Positions 15,701-23,881 of a stretch of 27,269 nt of DNA are shown piece by piece. The notes below the pieces were generated by a model. The model was not told the DNA's origin. It saw nothing but the letters and a program-made list of their open reading frames with translations, and did no database searches. The stretch covers positions 1 through 27,269 of IMG/VR virus record IMGVR_UViG_3300036793_000081; one strand, 5' to 3'. The stretch comes from a virus (taxonomy: Duplodnaviria; Caudoviricetes). The position numbers and the translations under genes are program-made. Positions within the stretch are counted from its first letter, which is position 1, and every line of letters starts with the position of its first letter.

Positions 15701-17001
15701 GCCCGCCAGCAAAAGGTGACGCTTCGCGCTGCGCCGAGTATCGGGCACAGGTGATTATGGAACACATGAAGGCAAACCTGCGGTTCCTCTACAAGAACGC
15801 ACCGAAGGAGGTCCGTGAGCAAGGTCACCTGTGGTACGAGGGCGCGCACAAGCTCGCCAAGGCCGATGCCGAGAAGTACGGGTTACCGCTGCAAAGCGTG
15901 GTCGGTATCTACGCCGCATTGTCGCCGCAGACCCTATGGGATTTGAATGTTCACTTGGCGAAGACGGTACTCGATGTCTACCACACCAAGCAGGACTTCA
16001 AGTGGGACAAGGCGATGGAGGATAAGGCACAAGAAATTTGGAGTGCCAAGAACAAGTTACTGTTGTCCGGCATCAGGAACAATACACTAGGGGAACTGAC
16101 CGACCCGGTGGCTAAGGCAATGTGGATACGGACTTATGACGAAACCTATAACAAGGACCGCAGCTTTAACGCACTGTCACCCGATGGCCGGGTTGTCGGC
16201 AAGTATAAGAACCTGGACGGCAGTAACGCTCAAGGCGGGTGGAACAGTATCCCGCCGATTGTCCACGCGATCATCTCGCTGGAGTCTGGCGGCGACCGGG
16301 ACATCATCAGCCCGGCGATGGGCGAAAGACACAAAGTGCGGAGTTTCTACAACAACATCCTCGACCCGGATAGTGACAATGACGATGTGACGGTCGATAC
16401 CCATGCGGTGGGCGCGGCGTTACTGCGTGCTTTGGGTGGTTCCACTGTTCCGGTGATGCACTCATTTGGCAAAGGACCATCAACCAAGGCTGAGAGTGAG
16501 CGTATCCATTATCGCGGTACGTCGAGCAAGGGTGTGTCGACACAAGGTCTATATGCGATCTACGCCGAGGCTTATCGCGAGCTAGCCAAGGAATTGAAGA
16601 TCAAGCCGCGTGTGTTGCAGTCGATCACCTGGGAAGCCAAGCGCCGCCTGTTTGACGAGCGGATGACTGACGAGGCCAAGCAGAGCGTCGAGCGCGCGTG
16701 GCGCACTTACCGCGATGGTAAAGCCAGTCTCGATAAGACACAAAAAGACATCCTCAAGCTGGCGGGCGGGTTCGCTAGGGGACAGGAGAAGAGTGATGAC
16801 AACGCTAGCAAACGATCCGCTGGTGAAGTATTTACGGTCGGTCGGCGTACCGGTGACGCGCGCCAATTGGATCAATTTGGCATTCGGAGCCGAACCGCCA
16901 GACCCGCTGACACCGGAAGACGAGGATATGGTCCCGGAGGAATTGCAATTGGGGCGCGACGAATCTGGCAAAACGCACGACTCGCCGTGTTCTTGCGCTA
17001 A
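12772..17001 (+). CDS. Large multidomain (polyvalent-like) protein: FRIVHDYFGH domain, HExxH zincin-like domain, C-terminal glycosylase-like domain
   Basis: 1409 aa; HEVTH at 14848-14862 with downstream HETLAE; KVRSFYNNI..DVTVDTH..LQSITW; modules separated by D..W/F.E.DHP(R/Q)..G.F linkers. Confidence 0.75.
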   Translation: MSVFLHLRDGVYKVRDQGGIPVPLDPDLLFLAENAKQQNIIQELYRVQMERNRSRHMFGDWEESDHPRGQPGNAGQFVEGGSSGGKGTERPDREETYARGAGGSGVRSPEQAQRSAAQAASGRPKLEGLPDEPIKLGDGYYVFGPSGKIHDTADSYMKKAGLTYNPPHRYVHVDADNATDVAEAFAQMKHDPDDPKVKAAYDALVKETLAQWQEVKKTGLKVQWIKEGDQDPYVESLNFIHADNRDNDHLWEFPTDLGYGTEDPTARNNNPMLQPTDEVVDGHKCLVNDIFRIVHDYFGHFKDGVSFTDDGEENAWRSHASMYSPLARGALTTETRGQAAWVNHGPHGEANRTASVADIVYAPQKIGLMPSWTWDEDQWRDAEFKEDEHPRDEDGKFTAGHRAGSKRQQEVPSVIESPAAEPPKEAREASYERPRNLPKSLITALDDQNYKFERTNNPDDDSARHVFTEWGTGSTIEYGLQDWGAGHHWEHRDAKSGRRYMGYGNLALIGHLRRYAKGEVFDSKFAKEFGDKLFESQSGFRPFLESDNAVAFTNGFGDQIYLYKDEDKAALDTANWKIYIDHGDGTGKNQYNEGHGWDDLKSNLSMLEDAHLEDKQKRETANKRYVDLGHDMMKSLGYDPSYLTVTHEEHPFTLNGVKRYAAGTAQTTNGRIALYAKQLEGLSDHVIRGIVAHEVTHQKFQRALDVWHKERDKPADQRDYGSAAKLAELLDFSGDGFDRYSKTDGVTQYSRDHWRAYKSGEENWELAFHETLAEMAHLEVTDPAELKAVAKPWRDLYKEVLSLYRTQPALRSATSPPAPQPSRPTESDNQSAAVHPAVHKLAQALHEVLHLGDKEWNKADHPQAPEGAPEGKGGQFVSKGEGGGGTTTTPKEEKQRVGVLPQIKAPVTKAALPDSAKDSHPAMISSRVPTTKGATDDRYRRADLAAMKENDQAFDHNTSLFDDEEHYPNFQPGELDCPPAKGDASRCAEYRAQVIMEHMKANLRFLYKNAPKEVREQGHLWYEGAHKLAKADAEKYGLPLQSVVGIYAALSPQTLWDLNVHLAKTVLDVYHTKQDFKWDKAMEDKAQEIWSAKNKLLLSGIRNNTLGELTDPVAKAMWIRTYDETYNKDRSFNALSPDGRVVGKYKNLDGSNAQGGWNSIPPIVHAIISLESGGDRDIISPAMGERHKVRSFYNNILDPDSDNDDVTVDTHAVGAALLRALGGSTVPVMHSFGKGPSTKAESERIHYRGTSSKGVSTQGLYAIYAEAYRELAKELKIKPRVLQSITWEAKRRLFDERMTDEAKQSVERAWRTYRDGKASLDKTQKDILKLAGGFARGQEKSDDNASKRSAGEVFTVGRRTGDARQLDQFGIRSRTARPADTGRRGYGPGGIAIGARRIWQNARLAVFLR

Positions 17002-17026
17002 GTGTCGCCGCCATGCTCACCCATGA
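16796..17026 (+). CDS. Small hypothetical protein overlapping the 3' end of the 1409-aa gene
   Basis: AGGAG RBS at ~16784; MTTLANDPLVKYLRSVGVPVTRANWINLAF...CSCAKC reads as a real protein; fills the space up to the protease start. Confidence 0.5.
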   Translation: MTTLANDPLVKYLRSVGVPVTRANWINLAFGAEPPDPLTPEDEDMVPEELQLGRDESGKTHDSPCSCAKCRRHAHP

Positions 17027-17849
17027 TTTCTACGTCACCGAGCAGCTTGGCCCGCAACAGGCAATGACACCAGAGGGCTTTCTGGTGGTCAAAGCGGTGC
17101 CGCTGGCGCGCACCGGCAAGCAGCTTTATTCGGACAAGGAGATTCCGATCAAGGGTGACGCTCAGGGTAAGATCATTATCGACCGCGACCCGGAGGAGGT
17201 GTTCCGGCCCGCCACCATTGCCTCATTGCAAGGCAAGCCGATCACCCTCGACCACCCGATGGATGACGTAAACCCTGACAATTATCATGATTTGGCGGTG
17301 GGTCACGTTCTCAACCCGCGCCGGGGTACGGGCGTCTTCGACCACCTGTTGATCGGTGACCTGATGATCACCGACAAAAAAGCGATGGAGGCGATAAGGA
17401 ATAAGTTGCTACGTGAAGTCAGCGTAGGTTACAAAGCGGACTACGTCGAGACTGGTGATGCTCGCGGGGCGCAACGCAACATTGTCTGCAATCACCTCGC
17501 GCTTGTCAAGGACGGTCGCTGTGGGGTCGTCTGTCGTATCGGGGATAGGGCTTATTTTACGTTCACCGATGACGAAGGTGACGACGGCAAGCTGGAGCAC
17601 TCGGAGGTAAACTACGAGTCTGATGCAGAGGGACCGGACCATTGCGGTATCTGCACCCACTACGAGGGTCACGCCTGTGACATCGTTAAACCACCCATCG
17701 TCCCTGAAGGGTGGTGCAATCGCTTCGACGCTTCTGTCCGCAGCCGCAAGATTGCCAATACCGGTGACTGGTCCCGTGTCAACGAGGTCGGCGAGATATA
17801 CCAGCGCCGCCGGGCGAAACGCGGGCGGCACGTCCATATCCATGTTTGA
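17013..17849 (+). CDS. DUF2213-family putative prohead protease with C-terminal HiPIP-like Cys domain
   Basis: TPEGFL..ARTG.Q.Y, R.PEEVF, GKPITLDHP, EVSVGY, NHLALV..GRCG; tail C..C...C...PEGWC. Confidence 0.85.
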   Translation: MLTHDFYVTEQLGPQQAMTPEGFLVVKAVPLARTGKQLYSDKEIPIKGDAQGKIIIDRDPEEVFRPATIASLQGKPITLDHPMDDVNPDNYHDLAVGHVLNPRRGTGVFDHLLIGDLMITDKKAMEAIRNKLLREVSVGYKADYVETGDARGAQRNIVCNHLALVKDGRCGVVCRIGDRAYFTFTDDEGDDGKLEHSEVNYESDAEGPDHCGICTHYEGHACDIVKPPIVPEGWCNRFDASVRSRKIANTGDWSRVNEVGEIYQRRRAKRGRHVHIHV

Positions 17850-17865
17850 GGAAAGGGGTTGACCT

Positions 17866-18846
17866 ATGGCGAGAACAGCATGGCTGGACCGTATGGTGCG
17901 CCGGGTTCGTGACGCGGACACCGAGGAGGAAGCCCGCGAGGCGACCAGAGACTTTATCGACCCGACCGGCGCGCCAAGTGGCGGCGGCGGTCCCGATGAC
18001 GGTGACACTCATATCCATCTCCACATGGGCAAAGGTGGCGAAGCGGGAGGCGCAGGTATGGCAGGGGATGACGACCCGCCGATTGATGTTGGTGGCGGCG
18101 GGCAGCCGGATGTGCAGCAACTCGCTGCCGCCGTTGCCGAATTGTTGCAGCGTGTCGAGCAACTTGAAGGTAACGGCGGCGGCAACGGCGGGGAAAACGG
18201 TGACGACGGCGAAGATGTCGAACTCGAAGACCCCGAAACCAAGGATCGACGGAGGTTCCGTATGCGGCGCGGTGACGCCATGACGCGTGATGATGACATC
18301 CCGGTGCCGGAACGCCTGGGTGAGGACATGGTCGGCGAAACCGATCTGCCCGGTCTGGAAGACCTGAAGCAGGGCGGTTCCACGGGTGACCGTCGCCGGT
18401 ACCGTGATTACGCGCGGACCCACGATTCGGCGGATGCCGAGGAACTGTGGAGTGACGCAATGGCGGCGGCTGAGATTCTCCAGCCCGGTGTCAAGGTTCC
18501 TACCTTTGATGCGCGGCTGACACTCGAAAGTACCGCACGGCGTCTGTGTGCGTTCCGTCGCCGGGTACTCGATCACGCGTTGAGTGACGATAATACCAAG
18601 GCGGTTATCCACGACGCTATTGGTACTATCGACACCAAGACACTGACTTGTGACAGTGTCAAAATGGCGTTCAACGCCGCCGCCGCGCAGGTTCGCGTGC
18701 TCAATCGCGGGGGTATGACCCGGCAAGCGGTGACGCGTGACGCCGGGAACGGTGTCGCCCGGCGCGGCCCGCCGTCGATTTCCGAGATGAACGCGCAAGC
18801 CAAGGAGTTCTGGAACACCCGGAACACCAACGGCGCAACGCGGTAA
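17866..18846 (+). CDS. Capsid scaffold-like protein
   Basis: Acidic Gly-rich N-terminus; AEILQPG...P and C-terminal SISEMNAQAKEFW; lies between protease and capsid genes. Confidence 0.65.
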   Translation: MARTAWLDRMVRRVRDADTEEEAREATRDFIDPTGAPSGGGGPDDGDTHIHLHMGKGGEAGGAGMAGDDDPPIDVGGGGQPDVQQLAAAVAELLQRVEQLEGNGGGNGGENGDDGEDVELEDPETKDRRRFRMRRGDAMTRDDDIPVPERLGEDMVGETDLPGLEDLKQGGSTGDRRRYRDYARTHDSADAEELWSDAMAAAEILQPGVKVPTFDARLTLESTARRLCAFRRRVLDHALSDDNTKAVIHDAIGTIDTKTLTCDSVKMAFNAAAAQVRVLNRGGMTRQAVTRDAGNGVARRGPPSISEMNAQAKEFWNTRNTNGATR

Positions 18847-18876
18847 GTGTCACTTTTCGGGTAACAGGAGGGCGCG

Positions 18877-19395
18877 ATGCCTGATAGTGTTTTCACGTTC
18901 CGCATGCCAGCCGGTATTCCTGGCGAATGCAGCCGGTTCAATGTCATCGGTACCACGATCAAGCCGGAAAACCAGAACACCACCACGCCGTTCACCCTGT
19001 TCGGCCAAGTTGGTACCATTGACGCCAACGGTGCCCGTCCGATCCTGGCGACCGACACCGCCGCGCCGCCGGTTCTCGGTATCGCGGTGCGTCCGTTCCC
19101 GACCAGTGACATGACAGTGGCACTGCCCGGCGTGGTACCCTTTGGTCCCGGTGTTCCGTCGCCGAGGGGCGTGGTCGATGTCATGTACCGTGGCTATGTC
19201 ACCATGAAGCTCAACGGTGCCACGGCGGCAGCGAAGGGCGGCGCGGTGTACGCGTACTACGCCGCCTCTGCCGGTTCCCATGTCCAGGCCGGGATCGAAG
19301 CGGCGGCGGGTGCCAACCTGTGGCAGATTCCCGGTGCCTATTTCTCTGGCCCGGCTGACGCCCAAGGCAACGTCGAGATCGCATTCCACATTTGA
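18877..19395 (+). CDS. Capsid decoration/cement protein
   Basis: RMPAGIPG..R start, VRPFP, RGYV, AD..GNVEI; directly upstream of the major capsid gene. Confidence 0.75.
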   Translation: MPDSVFTFRMPAGIPGECSRFNVIGTTIKPENQNTTTPFTLFGQVGTIDANGARPILATDTAAPPVLGIAVRPFPTSDMTVALPGVVPFGPGVPSPRGVVDVMYRGYVTMKLNGATAAAKGGAVYAYYAASAGSHVQAGIEAAAGANLWQIPGAYFSGPADAQGNVEIAFHI

Positions 19396-19436
19396 GGTTA
19401 GGGGTGACCACCCTGCGATAGAGGAGGGGTAACAAA

Positions 19437-20486
19437 ATGTACGCTCATCAGATGGCGAGCGCGGTAAACGGTGGGTGGCCAACCCTCGACCGTGCCTACA
19501 GTTACACCGATGCCGCAGACGGCAACATTCGTACCGTAGACTCGGCGGGCGCCTTTTTAGTGAACGAGTTGGAACGGCTCGACCCGACCTTACACATGCC
19601 GCTGGCGGCAGTGACATGGTCGCGTGACATCGATCTACGTGAAGATGTCACTATCGCGGATGAGTCGGCGAGCTTTACCAACAGTACCTTTGCCGCGCCC
19701 GGCGGTATTGTTCCCGCCGGTATTAACTGGGGCGGTAAGGTGTCTACGGCCATCGCCGGTATCGCCACCGATATCAACAAGACCGCGCAGCCGTTGAACC
19801 TCTGGGAAATGGAACTGAAATACTCCATCCCGGAACTCGAATCCGCGATCAAGGTCGGACGACCTATTGATCAGCAAAAGTTTGAGGGTCTGAATCTCAA
19901 ACACCAAATGGATATCGATCAGGTCGTGTACGTGGGTGACTCCACGATGCAGATGACCGGGTTCTACAACAACGCGGGTGTCACGGTGAATACCGCCGTG
20001 GCGGGTGGTGGTGGTTCCACCAAGTGGTCGGGTAAGACACCGGCAGAAATCCTCGCCGATGTGAACACTGTCCTGACCAACACCTGGGCCGCGAGCGGTT
20101 ACTCGGTGATCCCTGATCGCCTGATTATTCCCCCGGCACAGTACGGTGTCCTGATCTCGCAGGTTGTCAGCGCCGCCGGTAACATTTCGACCCTGAAGTT
20201 CCTCGAAGAGAACAACCTCGCTGCGCAGCGTGGTGGCAGGCTCGAAATCTATCCGTGCAAGTGGGGCATCGGCATGGGTGCCGGTGGTACACCGCAGGTG
20301 TTGGGTACGGTGGATCGGATGATCGCCTACAGTAAAGACCCGCTGCGGGCGCGCTACCCGATGACACCGCTGCAAAAGACGCCGATCCAATACCAGGGCA
20401 TCTACCACGTCACGACTTACTATTGCCGCCTGGGGCAGATGGAGTTCATCTATCCGTCCACCTTCAGCTACCTCGACGGTATCTAG
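19437..20486 (+). CDS. Major capsid protein (DUF2184 family)
   Basis: DSAGAFLVNELERLD..L..PL..VTWSRDI.LREDV, QMDIDQVVYVGD, terminal Y.DGI. Confidence 0.9.
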   Translation: MYAHQMASAVNGGWPTLDRAYSYTDAADGNIRTVDSAGAFLVNELERLDPTLHMPLAAVTWSRDIDLREDVTIADESASFTNSTFAAPGGIVPAGINWGGKVSTAIAGIATDINKTAQPLNLWEMELKYSIPELESAIKVGRPIDQQKFEGLNLKHQMDIDQVVYVGDSTMQMTGFYNNAGVTVNTAVAGGGGSTKWSGKTPAEILADVNTVLTNTWAASGYSVIPDRLIIPPAQYGVLISQVVSAAGNISTLKFLEENNLAAQRGGRLEIYPCKWGIGMGAGGTPQVLGTVDRMIAYSKDPLRARYPMTPLQKTPIQYQGIYHVTTYYCRLGQMEFIYPSTFSYLDGI

Positions 20487-20538
20487 ACGGAACTGTCACT
20501 GAGGGTTACGGGTTAGTTGTTCACAAGGAGGGCTAGTC

Positions 20539-21066
20539 ATGCCTGATACGGTTTTTGTCACCAACCGCACGGTTGTGCAGTTGCCCGCGACACCCGACAA
20601 CCCGGATGGTGGCGTGGTGGTGTTGGAGCCGGGACTCAACGAGGTGCCGGACTACGCAGCGAAGGCACCGTTCCTCGTCAATCTGGTGCGTGTCTCCGCG
20701 CCCGAAGTCAAGCAGGCCCAGGCTGACGCCGAAGCCTCGAAGAGAGTCCTGGAGTCACAAGCCCAGGCTTCTCAAGCGGTTGCCGAGGCACAAAAGTCGA
20801 ACCTTGACGCGAAGATGAAGGCGGGCGAGGATTGGGCCGGAAAACGTCAGGCGGCGATGGATAAGGGGTTACCGTTCGCTGAGCCGCACCCCGATCCGGT
20901 GACCGAACAGTCCATTGTGTTGACCTCGCCGCCGCACGTTTACTCTGCCGCCGGGTTTATCGGCAAAGCCGAGCCGCTTGGTGGTGGTGCCGGTGGTGCG
21001 GCACAACACGCGCCCCGTGTCACTCCCGACACTGGTGAGCACCACGGGGGCCAGCGCACCAAGTAG
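20539..21066 (+). CDS. Hypothetical protein downstream of the capsid gene
   Basis: AAGGAGG RBS; 175-aa ORF. Confidence 0.65.
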   Translation: MPDTVFVTNRTVVQLPATPDNPDGGVVVLEPGLNEVPDYAAKAPFLVNLVRVSAPEVKQAQADAEASKRVLESQAQASQAVAEAQKSNLDAKMKAGEDWAGKRQAAMDKGLPFAEPHPDPVTEQSIVLTSPPHVYSAAGFIGKAEPLGGGAGGAAQHAPRVTPDTGEHHGGQRTK

Positions 21067-21073
21067 GTGACCA

Positions 21074-21265
21074 ATGGCCGAGGTGACGGATTACACCCAG
21101 ATTTATTTGTCACCGTCCTGTGAGAAGTGTCGAGGCGAAGAGCGGACTTGGTGTCAGTCGGACGTGTACGATCCATGCCCGGAGTGCGGTCGGGTATCGA
21201 CTTGTTACCTTGCGGCTGACCAAGTCCACGCGTTGATGGAAACGGTAAGGCGGGCGGGTTACTGA
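21074..21265 (+). CDS. Small Zn-ribbon-like protein
   Basis: CEKC...WC...CPECG motifs. Confidence 0.6.
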   Translation: MAEVTDYTQIYLSPSCEKCRGEERTWCQSDVYDPCPECGRVSTCYLAADQVHALMETVRRAGY

Positions 21266-21402
21266 TGACTGATCGTGAAGAACGTATCCGCCAACGCGCC
21301 GAAGAGCTTTGGCGGGAAGCAGGCCAGCCCCAAGGCCGCGACGAAGAGTTTTGGCACAAGGCTGAGAAGGAGATCGACGCGGACCCATCACCGGAGGTGT
21401 GA
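21265..21402 (+). CDS. DUF2934-family protein (45 aa)
   Basis: TGATG coupling; MTDREERIRQRAEELWREAGQPQGRDEEFWHKAEKEI matches the DUF2934 pattern. Confidence 0.8.
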   Translation: MTDREERIRQRAEELWREAGQPQGRDEEFWHKAEKEIDADPSPEV

Positions 21403-21403
21403 C

Positions 21404-21952
21404 ATGCCCTTGACGCCCGCTGAGTTGGGTTACATCGCCGGGATTGTGGACGGCGAAGGTTCGATCAGCTTGGCTCACTGTAGCGCGCGGGCGTCAGGTG
21501 TGTATGTGTATCCGCTTGTGAGAGTTGCCAATACCGACAAGGGTTTGATCGATTGGTTGGACGAGAAGGTCGGTGTCGGTCATACTGGGTACGTGTCTAA
21601 GTTACACTTAGGCTGCAAGGACGTGTATCACTGGGCTATCGCGAGTAACGAGGCTTACGAGTTACTTGTCAAGATTAGACCGTACCTTGTGGTTAAGGCG
21701 CATCGAGCGGATATAGTAACCGCGCTTTGGGAAGAGAATGAAACGGCACTGCGTGTAGCGGGAAGGAACAATTGGGGCAATCACCACCCCGTGCCGAATT
21801 GGTTACGGAGTTGGCGAGAAGCCTGTTTTCTGTACCTGAAAGACCTCAACAGACGCGGACCCGGTGAACCCAAGTTTGGTGACAAAGTCCGTCGATTGTT
21901 ACAACATCACGAAGTGGCTCTAGCTGTATGGAGGGAGTCACATGCCGCTTAA
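21404..21952 (+). CDS. Free-standing LAGLIDADG homing endonuclease (single motif)
   Basis: GGAGGT RBS; ELGYIAGIVDGEGSI, V.NTD..LI, LL.KIRPYLVVK. Confidence 0.85.
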   Translation: MPLTPAELGYIAGIVDGEGSISLAHCSARASGVYVYPLVRVANTDKGLIDWLDEKVGVGHTGYVSKLHLGCKDVYHWAIASNEAYELLVKIRPYLVVKAHRADIVTALWEENETALRVAGRNNWGNHHPVPNWLRSWREACFLYLKDLNRRGPGEPKFGDKVRRLLQHHEVALAVWRESHAA

Positions 21953-22595
21953 GAAGGGTTCTAGCCAGGAAACCATCAGTTCCAACATCAGCGAGATGGT
22001 GCATTCTGGTCACCCGCAAAAACAAGCTGTCGCAGCAGCACTGCGACAATCGCGTGAGGGTGACCGAATGACTGGTTGGGGTACCGCACCAGCGGCAGAC
22101 AAAACCACGGTGACTCATTCCCGATCTGTACCGGGGCTAGGGAGAACCACAGTGACACATACCAATGATATCGAACAACAGATCACTGGCGCTCTCCCGG
22201 TTCCCGAACGGCACGATGATTTGCTGGGCGAGGTGTCGGAACCCGAATCGACACCACGCGGCCCACAGAAGGCAGCCCCGGCACCGGAGAGTAACAAGAA
22301 GGCTGGTGACGCTGGTAATATCGTCAAGGGTGATCCTGGCCCGCCGCCAATGTCAGCTATGTTCAATCCCAAAAAGTTGGGTGACAAGAAAAAGGCCCAG
22401 GATCAGTCGAGTACCTTTTCCAATGTGCAATCCGGCGCGCCGATGAACAATCTCGGCATGGGTATTCCGACACCCAATATCAGTGCCACGCCGGGTGCAC
22501 CGTCGAGTTCCTCGACCACGCCGCCGGTATCGACCGGTGACTCTCTGCGTTCGATGAACGTAGCCAATCGAGCCTTCTGGGCGCGCAAGCGATGA
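21942..22595 (+). CDS. Hypothetical phage protein (MPLKKG..TIS.NI.E...G.PQKQAVA family)
   Basis: N-terminal motif common in phage head modules; low-complexity remainder. Confidence 0.7.
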   Translation: MPLKKGSSQETISSNISEMVHSGHPQKQAVAAALRQSREGDRMTGWGTAPAADKTTVTHSRSVPGLGRTTVTHTNDIEQQITGALPVPERHDDLLGEVSEPESTPRGPQKAAPAPESNKKAGDAGNIVKGDPGPPPMSAMFNPKKLGDKKKAQDQSSTFSNVQSGAPMNNLGMGIPTPNISATPGAPSSSSTTPPVSTGDSLRSMNVANRAFWARKR

Positions 22596-22606
22596 CAGGT
22601 GAGTGA

Positions 22607-23395
22607 ATGGCGCGTGTCTCGACCGGTGGTCCGTTCCCGGCGATCAGGCCGGATGAGACGGACTTCTTCACCTTCGACTTTGGTCGAAAGCTAGGTTCTG
22701 TCGGTAACATCATTGTCGCGACCTGGACGTGCGCCTTTTCGCCGTCCAGCCCGCCCACGGTGTCTGACGACGATCCGAACAGCCACGTCGACCCGCAGGA
22801 TATCCCGCCGCCGCCACCGCAGATCAACCGGGTGGCGGCGCTCTGTGGTGGGTTTACCATCAACGGGGTCTACACCCTCAATGTCGTGGTTGAAGTGGAC
22901 GACGGGCGTGTCCTGGCGCTCTCCGGTGACGTTAAATGCGCGACCGGCATCTCGCCTGCCGACGAGATATTCACCGTCGAGGAATTCCGTGCTGATTACC
23001 CGGCCTTTGGTGACGCCTCGCGCTTTACCGACGAAGAGGTGCAGTATTGGATTAACGCGGCGTGCGCCCCGCCCAATTCGACACCAGCGCTCAACCAATA
23101 TCGCTGGGGGCAGTTTTATCAGCTTGGCTTGCATCTGTGGGTAGCGCATAATCTCGCCGTTCAGGATATGCTCAGTCAGCGGGCGGGACTGCCGGGGATG
23201 CCCGGCGCGACGTATATGTCGACCCCGCTGACAGGTTCTGGTGTCGCGAGTTCAAAGTCGGTCGATGGTGTCAGTGTTAGTTACGACAACCAGATCGGCA
23301 TGGAACATGACGCGGGATGGTGGGGTTTGACACCGTGGGGGAACCAGTTCCTCTACTACCTGCGGATGGCAGGCGCAGCCCCGATCCAGTTGTGA
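22607..23395 (+). CDS. Head-tail adaptor (DUF4054-like) with N-terminal extra beta domain
   Basis: FRADYPAF.D, L.VAH.L, SKSVDGVSVSYD, W.LT.WG.QF. Confidence 0.8.
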   Translation: MARVSTGGPFPAIRPDETDFFTFDFGRKLGSVGNIIVATWTCAFSPSSPPTVSDDDPNSHVDPQDIPPPPPQINRVAALCGGFTINGVYTLNVVVEVDDGRVLALSGDVKCATGISPADEIFTVEEFRADYPAFGDASRFTDEEVQYWINAACAPPNSTPALNQYRWGQFYQLGLHLWVAHNLAVQDMLSQRAGLPGMPGATYMSTPLTGSGVASSKSVDGVSVSYDNQIGMEHDAGWWGLTPWGNQFLYYLRMAGAAPIQL

Positions 23396-23396
23396 C

Positions 23397-23570
23397 ATGG
23401 AACAGCGAACCATCCTGACGATCAACGTCATTCGGGCACTGAAGGCGTTTTGGATCGCACAACCGGGTCAGATCGAGGAAGCGAACGCTATGCGGGAACT
23501 TTACCGTGCGCTCGACACTTACCTAGGAGGTGACAATGAACCCCAACGTGATAAAGAAACTCCAGCGTAA
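23397..23570 (+). CDS. Small hypothetical protein (57 aa)
   Basis: ATG 2 nt after the upstream stop; MEQRTILTINVIRALKAFW...; fills the gap. Confidence 0.45.
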   Translation: MEQRTILTINVIRALKAFWIAQPGQIEEANAMRELYRALDTYLGGDNEPQRDKETPA

Positions 23571-23880
23571 CATCGACTATCACGCCGCGATGGCTGAGTA
23601 CTACCAGGATAAGGTGGACGGCAAAAAGAAGAATGGCGACTCCGCAAAAGAGTCACCCCCGTCCAAAGAGGGTAGCCGCAAACCAACCGCTTCCGCGCAG
23701 CCGCCGCAGACCGACCAGGATCAGGTACTGGCCGAACTGCACGCGGGTGTGGTGGAACAGCTTATGCCTATCCTGCGGGCGGGTGCGGAACCGGACGCTA
23801 TCGCCACCGCGCAACAGAGTATGCCGCTGCGGCGCAATGAAAGTGCCGACCTGAAGCCTGCGGCGGGCCGGTTCCACTAA
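23536..23880 (+). CDS. Hypothetical protein
   Basis: GGAGGT RBS then ATG 23536. Confidence 0.6.
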   Translation: MNPNVIKKLQRNIDYHAAMAEYYQDKVDGKKKNGDSAKESPPSKEGSRKPTASAQPPQTDQDQVLAELHAGVVEQLMPILRAGAEPDAIATAQQSMPLRRNESADLKPAAGRFH

Positions 23881-23881
23881 G

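Noticed and set aside
17779-20408. Long minus-strand ORFs (339, 255, 257 aa etc.)
   Set aside because: Antisense shadows of well-supported scaffold and capsid genes in GC-rich DNA; no recognisable motifs.
21275-21403. N-terminal extension of the LAGLIDADG ORF as listed in the ORF track
   Set aside because: This interval is better explained by the DUF2934 gene in another frame; the RBS supports ATG 21404.
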